Counted from the stretch's first letter, positions 15,873 to 24,982 are shown. The stretch: DNA of 64,000 nt from Candidatus Parcubacteria bacterium (GCA_023134715.1 JAGLUP010000004.1:1301-65300), one strand, 5' to 3'. A program made the numbers and translations. The notes: generated from the sequence alone by a model not told the origin.

Positions 15873-16088
15873 TTATCTCTCTCTGGTCATTGGCTGACCG
15901 CATTTTGAACACTTTCTTTCATAACAAGGAACTCCTCTTTGATGAGCAGCGCTTTCCCCGCAACTTGGACAAACACACTTGCCTGCCGGCCCTAATCCAA
16001 AACCACCGGGCTGGCGGCCGCGGCCGCCTCCACCAGGCGCTCTAAATCTTCCGCCGGGAGAAATTGAATTATCTCTTCTATTTTGCAT
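15873..16088 (-). CDS. Small Gly/Arg-rich, four-Cys protein (DUF5320-like)
   Basis: This 71-aa protein has an N-terminal [18 protein letters not shown] segment and two CxxC pairs (CPSC...CSKC). Confidence 0.5.
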   Translation of the reverse strand: MQNRRDNSISPGGRFRAPGGGGRGRQPGGFGLGPAGKCVCPSCGESAAHQRGVPCYERKCSKCGQPMTRER

Positions 16089-16170
16089 ATTATTTACCCT
16101 GTTAAAGGTGAATTATTAATTAATAATACTTCGACTCTTGTTTTGAGTATATACCCATTATAATACCTTG

Positions 16171-16923
16171 TCAAGTTTTTATTCCGATTGGACAATGGTC
16201 TGAACCCATCACTTTATTGAGAATAAAAGCTTTTTTCAGCTTCATAGACATATTTTTTGAAACAAAAATATAATCCAATCGCCAACCCAAATTTCGCTCC
16301 CTGCAATTAGCAATATGCGGCCACCATGTATAATTTCCCGTTTTTTTATTAAATTTTCTAAAAGTATCGATAAACCCCATTTTAATTACTTTATCAATCT
16401 GCTTTCTTTCTTCTGAAGTAAACATTATATTCTTTTGATTTTGTTTCGGTCTCGCTAAATCAATTTCCTGATGGGCTACATTGAAATCTCCCACCAAAAC
16501 AATTTTTTGATTCTTAATTTTTTTCAAATAGTTTAAAAGATATTTATAAACTTCCAGCTTGTAACCTAAGTTTTCTTTTTGTCTTCCACCGTGCGGCAAA
16601 TAAATATTGATTAAAGTAAAATCAGGATATTTTAGTTTTAAAATCCTGCCCTCTTGGTCAAATCTTTTTAAACCTAATTTATTTTCTACTTTTAACGGCT
16701 TTTTCTTGGAATAAATCGCAACTCCAGAATAGCCCTTTTTAACGGCCTGATTAAAATAAAAATAATAACCCTTTGGCTGAAGCAAATCATCTGGCAGCTG
16801 CTCTTTTTGCGCTCTTATTTCCTGCAAGCAAACAATATCTGCTTTGGATTTTTTAAACCAATTCAAAAAATTCTTTTTACAAGCCGCTCTAATTCCGTTT
16901 ACATTCCAAGATATAATCTTCAT
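16171..16923 (-). CDS. xth: Exodeoxyribonuclease III
   Basis: MKIISWNVNGIRA..., CLQE, and SDHCP at the C-terminus. Confidence 0.9.
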   Translation of the reverse strand: MKIISWNVNGIRAACKKNFLNWFKKSKADIVCLQEIRAQKEQLPDDLLQPKGYYFYFNQAVKKGYSGVAIYSKKKPLKVENKLGLKRFDQEGRILKLKYPDFTLINIYLPHGGRQKENLGYKLEVYKYLLNYLKKIKNQKIVLVGDFNVAHQEIDLARPKQNQKNIMFTSEERKQIDKVIKMGFIDTFRKFNKKTGNYTWWPHIANCRERNLGWRLDYIFVSKNMSMKLKKAFILNKVMGSDHCPIGIKT

Positions 16924-16929
16924 TATCTT

Positions 16930-16938
16930 ATTCTACCA
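16930..16938 (-). promoter_or_regulatory. Extended -10 TGGTAGAAT, 6 nt from the xth ATG (leaderless type)
   Basis: Minus strand: TTTTTTGGTAGAAT-AAGATA-ATG. Confidence 0.5.
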
Positions 16939-16974
16939 AAAAACCGCCTGCTTAGCCAGTTTTACGTTTTACAC

Positions 16975-17003
16975 TTGACACGACCCATTCTTAGAACTAA
17001 AAT
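16975..17003 (+). promoter_or_regulatory. Sigma-70-like promoter of the glycosyltransferase operon
   Basis: TTGACA, a 17-nt spacer, then TAAAAT. Confidence 0.5.
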
Positions 17004-17064
17004 TAGAGTACAATCTAATAAAATTCCAAAAAATAAAATCCCGGGAAATCCGGGCTTTAAAAAT

Positions 17065-18345
17065 ATGAGTAACGGCAAAAATAATCACAAAAAAAGAATA
17101 GCAATGTTCAGTGTTCACTCTGACCCATCAGCTAAGTTGGGCGGGCACGAAACAGGAGGACAAAATGTTTATGTTTCTGAATTAAGCAAGGCATTAGGAC
17201 GAATCGGCTGGTCAGTTGATATTTTTACTAGATTGACCAGGAAAAGAACAAAATTAGTCAAAGCTTATGGAAAAAATGTAAATATTATATATATAAAGGC
17301 AGGCCCTCGCTATCTTATACCTAAAGACAAAGCACTGGAAAAATTACCAGAATTTGTTGGTAATTTTCTTGCTTATAAGGAAGAAAACAAAATTAATTAC
17401 AAAATAATTCATGGAAATTATTACTTGGGTGGATGGACAGCTGCTCAAATCAAAAGAATACTGCGTGTTCCAATGGTAGAAACCTTTCACTCATTGGGTC
17501 ATATTCGTCATCGCACTTTAGAAAAATTTGAAAAAGAAAATATTAACATTGAAAACTTTAAAGAACGACTAATAGCTGAAAAAGAAATAATGGAAGCAGC
17601 TGACACTATAATTGCAACGAATCCTCCAGAAAAAAAAGACCTTATGCATTATTATGATTTTGATTTGGAGAACAAAATAAAAATTATCCCCTGTGGAGTT
17701 AATTTAAAACGTTTCCAGAAAGTAAACCTTGAAAATGCCAGAGATTATATCAATCATTTTTCTAAAAAAGATAAAATAATCACATACATCGGGCGGATAG
17801 ATTGGCGCAAAGGAATTGAAACATTAATTAGGGCTTTCCCTTTAGTTTCAAAAAGATTACCTGAATTAAGTTTAAATATAATAATTGTAGGCGGAAAAAT
17901 CGGCAAAAAGGGCGACCCAGCTGACAAAAAAGAAATTGCCCGATTAAAAGATATAGTTAAGGAATTAAAGATTGAGAAAAAAATCTTATTTTTAGGTAGA
18001 AGAGATCAGAAAAAACTCCGTTACTATTATTCAGCTAGCGACATCTTTGTAATTCCCTCTTACTACGAACCATTTGGTATGACAGCATTAGAGGCAATGC
18101 GCTGTGGCGTGCCTATTATTGCCTCAAATGTAGGCGGACTTTCTTATATTATACAAAATAGAAAAACAGGAATTTTTTTCCCGCCAAAAAATCATAGAAT
18201 TCTTGCAAGAAAAATCATCGAACTTTTAAAAAACAAAAAGCTAAGAAATAAATTAACTAAAAACGCTGAAGTAATCGTAAAAGAAAACTATGGCTGGAAT
18301 AAAATTGCTTCAGATGTGTCAAAATTATACCAAGAATTATTATGA
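17065..18345 (+). CDS. GT4 glycosyltransferase (sucrose-phosphate-synthase / MshA-like)
   Basis: IAMFSVHSDPSAKLGGHETGGQNVYV and YYEPFGMTALEAMRCGVPIIA. I prefer the start at MSNGK because the track's longer ORF overlaps xth antisense. Confidence 0.8.
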   Translation: MSNGKNNHKKRIAMFSVHSDPSAKLGGHETGGQNVYVSELSKALGRIGWSVDIFTRLTRKRTKLVKAYGKNVNIIYIKAGPRYLIPKDKALEKLPEFVGNFLAYKEENKINYKIIHGNYYLGGWTAAQIKRILRVPMVETFHSLGHIRHRTLEKFEKENINIENFKERLIAEKEIMEAADTIIATNPPEKKDLMHYYDFDLENKIKIIPCGVNLKRFQKVNLENARDYINHFSKKDKIITYIGRIDWRKGIETLIRAFPLVSKRLPELSLNIIIVGGKIGKKGDPADKKEIARLKDIVKELKIEKKILFLGRRDQKKLRYYYSASDIFVIPSYYEPFGMTALEAMRCGVPIIASNVGGLSYIIQNRKTGIFFPPKNHRILARKIIELLKNKKLRNKLTKNAEVIVKENYGWNKIASDVSKLYQELL

Positions 18346-19457
18346 AAAAAAAGCTCAAAATTGCTTATTATTGCTCAAATAGAACTATCTTCCCTCCCCC
18401 AAACAATATTATCACAGCTAATGCCGATATAATGTATGAAATCGTAAAGGCAATGATTGAGAAAGGACATGATGTGACTATTTACGCGTCAAAAGGGTCG
18501 TCTATGAAAAAAGCAAAAATAGTTGACCTAAGATTGCCTCCCCATAAACTCGACCATGCTTATCTATCTGAAGAATGGGTAAAAGACCTGCATAATGCTT
18601 ATAGAATAACCTATATCAGTGAACTAATTAACAATTCTAATAAATACGATATCATTCATTTTCACGTTGGACGCCCAATTTTTGGAGAGCCCTTTGTTAA
18701 ATTTGCAAAATGCCCAATAATTTTTACAATCCATGAAAACTTTGTGCCATCTTTCGGCCCATTAATGAATTTCTTTAAAAAATCAAAGCTGATATCGATT
18801 TCAAACGCTCAGAGAAAAACCTTCGCATCTCTAAACTATATAGCCACTATTTATCATGGAGTTCATGTTGAAAACTATCCTTTTAATCTAAATCCAAAAA
18901 GAAATTGTATCTTCTTAAACAGAGTTTCAAAAGAAAAAGGCGTGGAGCTGGCAATCAAAGCTGCTCAAAAAAGTAAAATTAAGTTAGATATTTACGGTCC
19001 GGGCAACGAAAATTATTTAAAAAAATCTGTACTTCCTTATCTTAATAAAAATATATCTTACAAAGGAATGATAAAAAAATATTCTAAAAAGTGGTATAAA
19101 GCTTATTCAGAAGCTAAGGTTTTGCTTATACCTATTCAATGGGATGAACCGTTCGGTTTGGTTATGATAGAAGCTATGGCTTGCGGAACACCTGTTATTG
19201 CTTTTAATAGAGGCTCTGTGCCGGAAATAATGAAAAACAGAGAAACTGGATTTGTTGTTAAGCCATTTGACAAGAATGGAAAACCAAATATAAAAGGATT
19301 TGTGGAAGCAGTAAAGAAGCTCTACCAAATGCCAGAAGAAGAATATATAAAAATGCGACATAATTGCCGCAAACATATAGAAAAAAATTTTACTACCAAA
19401 AAAATGACAGATGAACATGAAAAATTATATTATAAGGTTTTAAAATTTCAAAAATAA
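18342..19457 (+). CDS. GT4 glycosyltransferase
   Basis: WDEPFGLVMIEAMACGTPVIAFNRGSVPEI, with a 4-nt overlap to the upstream GT gene. Confidence 0.8.
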   Translation: MKKKLKIAYYCSNRTIFPPPNNIITANADIMYEIVKAMIEKGHDVTIYASKGSSMKKAKIVDLRLPPHKLDHAYLSEEWVKDLHNAYRITYISELINNSNKYDIIHFHVGRPIFGEPFVKFAKCPIIFTIHENFVPSFGPLMNFFKKSKLISISNAQRKTFASLNYIATIYHGVHVENYPFNLNPKRNCIFLNRVSKEKGVELAIKAAQKSKIKLDIYGPGNENYLKKSVLPYLNKNISYKGMIKKYSKKWYKAYSEAKVLLIPIQWDEPFGLVMIEAMACGTPVIAFNRGSVPEIMKNRETGFVVKPFDKNGKPNIKGFVEAVKKLYQMPEEEYIKMRHNCRKHIEKNFTTKKMTDEHEKLYYKVLKFQK

Positions 19458-19541
19458 TTTGAATATTTGAATTATTTTTGTTTTAATATTATATTATAAA
19501 TATTAAGCCGCTATTCGCGGACTTTTAATTTAAGAAAAAAT

Positions 19542-19718
19542 ATGGAAATTCGTAATATCGCAATTATTGCCCATATTAATCATGGAAAGACAGCTCTTAC
19601 TGACGCAATTATGCGCCAGACAGGAACGTTTGGAAAAGGAATGAGCATGGACACAAATACTCTTGAAAAAGAAAGAGGAATTACTATTTATGCAAAAAAT
19701 TACAAAATAAAAAAATAA
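19542..19718 (+). pseudogene. 5' fragment of a typA/bipA-like GTPase gene (58 codons)
   Basis: [58 protein letters not shown] aligns with the N-terminus of the full typA at 30207-32000. The DNA is diverged, with many substitutions. Confidence 0.7.
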
Positions 19719-19741
19719 AATAAAAATACATAAGACAAATC

Positions 19742-19785
19742 TTGTATAACACATATACCACGATCGTTGTATGTGTGTTATACAA
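19742..19785. repeat. 44-bp palindrome centred on CGATCG, copy 1
   Basis: TTGTATAACACATATACCACGATCGTTGTATGTGTGTTATACAA. Confidence 0.85.
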
Positions 19786-19851
19786 ATAAAAAATAAGAAT
19801 TGGGCTAAATTTTGCAAATTTCTCTCAATTTTTTTACAAGCTATAGAATAT

Positions 19852-20871
19852 TTATCTTTTAATTTCTATTGTCTTATTTTTTATTTGGTTAAGCAGCTGT
19901 GGAGAGCTTCTTAAAGATAATTTTTCAAGAAATTGAGCAGCGTCTTTTTGTTCCATTAAAAATGGCTGGCTTAAATGACTTTTAATAGGAAAAATTTTAT
20001 AAACAAATTTTTCAGGATAAATTTCTAATCCTACTGCTAATCCTTGTTGTGTTTCTTCTGAAAAATACTGGTCAAAAATAAAATTCCCTAAAGAATAAAA
20101 AATAAGCTTTCTATTATATTCTTCTATTTCCTGAACAACATGAGGATGAGAGCCAATAATTAAATCCGCGCCCGCGTCAATTGATTGATGAGCTAATTTC
20201 TGTTGATGAATTGAGCTTTTCGGCTGATATTCTTCTCCCCAATGTAAAATAACAACCACAAAATTTTCAGAATTTGAATCTCTTGTCTTTTTTATAACTT
20301 CTGCGATTTCATCGTCAGAACAATTAAACGGAAAAGTTTTATTAAAAGCCAAGTAAATTATATTATCTTTTTTAAATAAAAAATCTTTATCGCATCCGAG
20401 TGGTTCGCCGACAAAATTAATATCTGCCTTTTTTAAAAAATCTTTTGTTTCCTCTAATCCAGCTTTTCCCATATTAGTGGTATGATTATTAGCTAAAGAA
20501 AATAAACCAAAATTAGAAGAAACAAGCCCCTGAATTACTTTTGGCGAAAAAGCAAACATCAAAGAACCATCTGGAAAACTCGTAGGATTCTCTACGATCG
20601 GACCCTCTAAATTACCAACCAGAAAATCAGCTTCTATTAGAAACGGGCTGATTTTTTCAAAAGGATAAAGAAAATCATTTTTTGTCATTAAATACTCCAC
20701 TCCCCTGTCCAGCATAATATCTCCCACAAATAAAATTGTTTCTGGCTCAAAAACTTTTTTCTCTTCCTCTTTGAAATGCGATTCTGTTTCTTTGATATTA
20801 GAAATTACTTGACTTGATCCAAAAATCAGAAAAAACAATAATAGTATGACTAATAAATTTTTATCTTTCAT
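19852..20871 (-). CDS. CapA-family (PGA_cap metallophosphatase-like) protein
   Basis: ILFVGDIMLDRGV, ANNH, HWGEEY and GSHPHV. Confidence 0.75.
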   Translation of the reverse strand: MKDKNLLVILLLFFLIFGSSQVISNIKETESHFKEEEKKVFEPETILFVGDIMLDRGVEYLMTKNDFLYPFEKISPFLIEADFLVGNLEGPIVENPTSFPDGSLMFAFSPKVIQGLVSSNFGLFSLANNHTTNMGKAGLEETKDFLKKADINFVGEPLGCDKDFLFKKDNIIYLAFNKTFPFNCSDDEIAEVIKKTRDSNSENFVVVILHWGEEYQPKSSIHQQKLAHQSIDAGADLIIGSHPHVVQEIEEYNRKLIFYSLGNFIFDQYFSEETQQGLAVGLEIYPEKFVYKIFPIKSHLSQPFLMEQKDAAQFLEKLSLRSSPQLLNQIKNKTIEIKR

Positions 20872-20875
20872 TATT

Positions 20876-21841
20876 TTAATATTTTTGTTTTATTATATCG
20901 CGCAATATCTTCTCAACTCGCTTCACACTCTTATCGTCAATTATAGAAATTGGAACCACTTCCCTGCCTGTTTTTTTTAACTTATTGAGTTTTTTCTTAA
21001 TTTCGTCTTTATCCAACAAATCGGCCTTGCTCAAAAAAATATATTCTGGCTTATCTAAAAGCTCCTTATTGTAAACACCTAACTCGTTTCTAATAATTTC
21101 ATAATCTTTTACTGGCTCAGGAGATTCCGCGGAAATAAAATGAAAAAGGATTTTTGTTCTTTCAACGTGGCGTAAAAATTTAATTCCAAGTCCCTTGCCA
21201 ACAGAAGCGCCTTCAATAATGCCGGGAATATCAGCCAAAATTAATTCATAATAAGCGCCTAAATTCGGGTCAAGTGTTGTAAAGGCATAATTAGCCACCT
21301 TGCTTTTCGCGTTAGTTAATTCGTTCAATAAGCTGGATTTGCCAACATTGGGCAAACCGATAAATCCAACATCAGCGATAAGTTTAAGCTCTAATCTCAA
21401 TTCGCATTCTTTACCAGGAAAGCCCTGCTCAAATTCCTTCGGGCTTGTATTAGTTGATGAGCGAAATTCAAAATTACCTCTACCGCCCCTCCCCCCTTTT
21501 GCTATTAACAAACGCTGGCCGATAGAAACAATTTCCAAATTTTGACCGGTTGATAAATTATGCGCCACAACGCCAACCGGCACTTTTAAAATAAGGTCTT
21601 TGCCGTCTGCGCCATGGTCAAGTTTAGTTCTTCCATTCTTGCCGTTTTCCGCTTTCAATTCTTTTTTATAGCGAAACAGCTTAAGCGCGCCAAGGTCTGG
21701 CACGCCCTCTATGTAAACACTGCCGCCGCTTCCGCCATTAGCGCCTGTTGGCCCAAGATTCATTTTTACCTTGCTGAATCCTACTGCGCCGCTTCCGCCA
21801 TCACCGGCCTTTACTTTAATTTTTACATCATCAATTAACAT
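20876..21841 (-). CDS. obg: GTPase Obg/CgtA
   Basis: MLIDDVKIKVKAGDGGSGAVGF..., GLPNVGKSSL and DIPGIIEGAS. Confidence 0.95.
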   Translation of the reverse strand: MLIDDVKIKVKAGDGGSGAVGFSKVKMNLGPTGANGGSGGSVYIEGVPDLGALKLFRYKKELKAENGKNGRTKLDHGADGKDLILKVPVGVVAHNLSTGQNLEIVSIGQRLLIAKGGRGGRGNFEFRSSTNTSPKEFEQGFPGKECELRLELKLIADVGFIGLPNVGKSSLLNELTNAKSKVANYAFTTLDPNLGAYYELILADIPGIIEGASVGKGLGIKFLRHVERTKILFHFISAESPEPVKDYEIIRNELGVYNKELLDKPEYIFLSKADLLDKDEIKKKLNKLKKTGREVVPISIIDDKSVKRVEKILRDIIKQKY

Positions 21842-21849
21842 ATTATTTT

Positions 21850-21858
21850 ATTCTACCA
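21850..21858 (-). promoter_or_regulatory. Extended -10 TGGTAGAAT, 8 nt from the obg ATG (leaderless type)
   Basis: Minus strand: hairpin, then TTTTTTGGTAGAAT-AAAATAAT-ATG. Confidence 0.5.
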
Positions 21859-21884
21859 AAAAATCGCCCTCTTGGCGATTTTTT
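21858..21884 (-). terminator. Intrinsic terminator of the csp gene
   Basis: AAAAAATCGCC-CTCTT-GGCGATTTTTT. Confidence 0.7.
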
Positions 21885-21907
21885 GTTTGATTCTTTCAAA
21901 TCAATTT

Positions 21908-22105
21908 TTAAACGCGAGATACACCTACCGCGTTTGGTCCTTTTTCGGAATCAGCTTTCTCAAAAGAAACTCTGTCTCCTTCTTTTAACTCTTCATAACT
22001 TACTCCTTTGAGTTCATTGCTGTGAAAAAATAAATCTTTATCTTCACCATCAACAGTAATGAATCCAAATCCTTTGTCTGTAAGAGTTTTAATTACTCCT
22101 TCCAT
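21908..22105 (-). CDS. cspA: Cold-shock protein (CSD)
   Basis: KGFGFITVDG...DLFFH. Confidence 0.9.
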   Translation of the reverse strand: MEGVIKTLTDKGFGFITVDGEDKDLFFHSNELKGVSYEELKEGDRVSFEKADSEKGPNAVGVSRV

Positions 22106-22223
22106 ATTTTTAGTTAAACTTAAATTAAACTAATTAATGTTTAAGGTTTTACCCTAAAGTATTGCGCTAATAAACTCGACTACTTTTTGATTAGACAACC
22201 ACTCTACATAAATAATACTAACA

Positions 22224-24587
22224 TTAAAAAAACAACTTGTCAACCCTTACAACTTTTCTGACAAACTCTCCATACTTCTCCATATCTATCTTGGTTTCAA
22301 GCTCAAATTCATCAAGCTGAGCCCCCAAAGAAATTCCAGATTCTGACTTATATTTTCTAACCTCGTCAATTGCCTGAATAGCTGAATCAAAATCAGATAC
22401 ATCAGACACATTCTTCAACTCTATTTGTTCAGGCCAAAGAGATAAATGAATACTCTTCGCCTCTTCCATTTCAGCAAAAAACTGCTGATATATTTCTTCT
22501 GTAACAAAAGGAAGAATCGGAGCAAACATCTTGAGAATAGAATAAAAAATAATTAACAATGTTTGTTGAGCCGCTTTTTTAGATTTCTGGTCATCGCTAA
22601 AAAATCTATACTTAATGAATTCAATATAATAATCAGTAAATTTTGACCAGAAAAATGAATCTATCTCATTTCTTGCCTTGGCAAACTCGTATTGCTCAAA
22701 GTCATTAGTGGCTTTTTCAATTGCCTCGTTTAATTCCCGCATTATCCATATATCTGCGAACTCAAAAGCAATATTTTCTTTGCTTAATTTAAAATCATCT
22801 ATATTCATTTCTAAAAACTTAGCAACATTCCACAGCTTAATAGTTGTTTTCTTTCCTTTTTTAAACTCCTCAATGTTAAGGCGAAGATTTTGTCCCAAAC
22901 CTGCTCCAGTCGCCCAATAGCGAATCGCGTCAGCTCCATACTTTTTTAAAAGAGTATCCGGAGAAACATAATTTCCTAATCGTTTGGATATTTTTTTCCC
23001 TTTTTCATCAAATCCATGCCCGGAAATCATAACGTCCTTAAACGGAATAGTGTTAAAATTATAATGGCTCTTAACAATAGAATAAAAATCCCATGTTCTG
23101 ATAATTTCAAAAGCATTAGCCCTCAACGTGGCTGGAAAAAGCTTGTCTTTTGCTTTTCCGCTTACTAATTCTCTTAAAAGAAAAGGAGTGCATGAAGAGG
23201 TCGCCCATGTGTCCATAACATCTTGCTCAGGAATAAATTTTGTTCCTTTGCATTTAGGACATTTTTTAACCGGCGGCTTGTCTTCAAAAGGATTAACAGG
23301 CAAATCCTCATCTCTGGCGAAAATAGGTTCTTCGCACTTTGAACAATACCAAATCGGGAAAGGAACCCCGTAATATCTCTGCCTGGAAATACACCAATCC
23401 CACTTAATTGATTTAACCCATAATTCATAATCCTTAAACCTATAACCAGGATACCAATTTAATTGCTTTCCCCTCTTCAGCCAAACATCTTCCATATCAG
23501 TAATTTTAATAAACCATTGCTTGCTAAGGATAAACTCTGTTGGAACGCCGCACCTTTCGTGAACATTAACTGTATGAGTTAGCTCTTCCTGCTTTATTAG
23601 ACACCCCTGGTTTTTTAAATCATCTATTATTCGCTCTCTTGCTTCTAATAATTTTAATCCTTGATATTTTCCTCCGAGTTTTCTAAGGGTTCCGTCTTCC
23701 TCAATTAAAGCCCTCGTGTCAAGATTATCAGTCCTCCATTTGTCTAAATCGTCCTGGTCTCCCCATGTGCATACCATCATTAAACCGGTTCCTAATTCCG
23801 CGTCCACTTCATCGCTGGCTTTAATGGGAACTTCATAATTAAAGAGCGGGACAACGGCTTTTTCGCCTATTAAATTCTTAAACCGAGCATCTTTTGGATT
23901 AACATATAAAGCAACACACGCTGGTATAAGTTCTGGCCGCGTAGTGGCGATTGTCAAATCTTTGCCTTTAGCAGTTTTAAAACTAATATAATTCATTTTA
24001 GAATCGCTTTCCTTGTCTTCTAAATCTGCCTGGGCAACTGCTGTTTGGCAAGAAGGACACCATAAAACAGGAGATTCTTTTCTGTATAAAACCTTTTTTT
24101 TCCACAAATCTATCAAAGACCTTTGAGAAACTTTTACAGCCACAGGACTGATTGTGCTGTATGTTTTAGACCAGTCAACTGAAATGCCAAGGTCATTCCA
24201 AAGTTTTCTGTATCTTTCAGCTCCTTTTTCTGTTTCTTTTAAGCAAATTTTTACAAACTCTGATTTTGTAATTTTTGATTCATCAATATTATATTTTTTT
24301 TCCACAAACCTTTCTGTCGGAAGCCCGTTATCGTCAAATCCCATAGGATAAAAAACATTATACCCTCTCATTCTTTTAAATCTAATAATAAATTCCGCCT
24401 GAGAATAAGACATAATATGCCCTGCGTGTAAATGGTCTGCGGAAACATAAGGAGGAGGCGTGTCAACTATATACAAAGGACGTTTTGCGTCATAATTAAA
24501 CTCATAGGTCTTTTCTTTTGCCCAAATTTTCCTCCACTTATTCTCAACTTCCTCCATATTATATGTTTTTGGCAATTCTTTTTTCAT
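22224..24587 (-). CDS. valS: Valine--tRNA ligase (short, archaeal-like form)
   Basis: A class I synthetase with PPPYVSADHLHAGH (HIGH region), KISKRLGN (KMSKS region), TTRPELIPACVALYVNPKD and WCPSCQTAV. Confidence 0.7.
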   Translation of the reverse strand: MKKELPKTYNMEEVENKWRKIWAKEKTYEFNYDAKRPLYIVDTPPPYVSADHLHAGHIMSYSQAEFIIRFKRMRGYNVFYPMGFDDNGLPTERFVEKKYNIDESKITKSEFVKICLKETEKGAERYRKLWNDLGISVDWSKTYSTISPVAVKVSQRSLIDLWKKKVLYRKESPVLWCPSCQTAVAQADLEDKESDSKMNYISFKTAKGKDLTIATTRPELIPACVALYVNPKDARFKNLIGEKAVVPLFNYEVPIKASDEVDAELGTGLMMVCTWGDQDDLDKWRTDNLDTRALIEEDGTLRKLGGKYQGLKLLEARERIIDDLKNQGCLIKQEELTHTVNVHERCGVPTEFILSKQWFIKITDMEDVWLKRGKQLNWYPGYRFKDYELWVKSIKWDWCISRQRYYGVPFPIWYCSKCEEPIFARDEDLPVNPFEDKPPVKKCPKCKGTKFIPEQDVMDTWATSSCTPFLLRELVSGKAKDKLFPATLRANAFEIIRTWDFYSIVKSHYNFNTIPFKDVMISGHGFDEKGKKISKRLGNYVSPDTLLKKYGADAIRYWATGAGLGQNLRLNIEEFKKGKKTTIKLWNVAKFLEMNIDDFKLSKENIAFEFADIWIMRELNEAIEKATNDFEQYEFAKARNEIDSFFWSKFTDYYIEFIKYRFFSDDQKSKKAAQQTLLIIFYSILKMFAPILPFVTEEIYQQFFAEMEEAKSIHLSLWPEQIELKNVSDVSDFDSAIQAIDEVRKYKSESGISLGAQLDEFELETKIDMEKYGEFVRKVVRVDKLFF

Positions 24588-24695
24588 AATAAAAACTTAA
24601 ACTTAATTCTAAATTACCACTTTTCCGCCCAAAAAACAATATTGAGGCGATACAAAAAACAGGGCTTTCGCCCTGCCCTAAATCTATTTCGCAAT

Positions 24696-24917
24696 CTAAA
24701 GTTCTTCTTTTTGAAACTTTTCTTCCTGCATTTCGTCTAATTTTCTGATAACTCTTATCAACTCGGCGACATGTTCCTTTTCGTCATCTCTAATATGCTC
24801 TAATACTTTCTTAATTTCTTCATCGTCAATTTCGTCTATATGCTCCTGATATTGATTGATAGCGTCTAACTCCCCTGCTAAGTCGTCTCTCAAGTTTATT
24901 AAAATTTTATTGTCCAT
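24696..24917 (-). CDS. Small ferritin-like / rubrerythrin-like helical protein
   Basis: This 73-aa protein carries ELDAINQYQEHI and DEKEHVAEL (paired E..H motifs). Confidence 0.4.
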   Translation of the reverse strand: MDNKILINLRDDLAGELDAINQYQEHIDEIDDEEIKKVLEHIRDDEKEHVAELIRVIRKLDEMQEEKFQKEEL

Positions 24918-24927
24918 ATTTTTTTAC

Positions 24928-24982
24928 CCGGTGAAATAAAAATCTGAAAGATTTTTCCCCGATGTGTCGGAAATTTCACTGG
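24928..24982. repeat. Three-hairpin GTGAAAT element, copy 3 (inner hairpins in the opposite order to copy 1)
   Basis: CCGGTGAAAT-AAAAATCTGAAAGATTTTT-CCCCGATGTGTCGGAA-ATTTCACTGG, 10 nt from the ATG at 24917. Confidence 0.7.

Noticed and set aside
16807-17064. An 86-codon N-terminal extension of the glycosyltransferase ORF.
   Set aside because: It overlaps the xth gene antisense and crosses the promoter and terminator region. The GT4 homology starts at MSNGK..IAMFSVH.
19530-19817. A 95-aa minus-strand ORF, and the similar 83-aa ORF at 55322-55573.
   Set aside because: Both are driven by the shared 44-bp palindrome (giving the CITHIQRS.YMCYT peptide) and by AT-rich spacer. The first is also antisense to the typA fragment.
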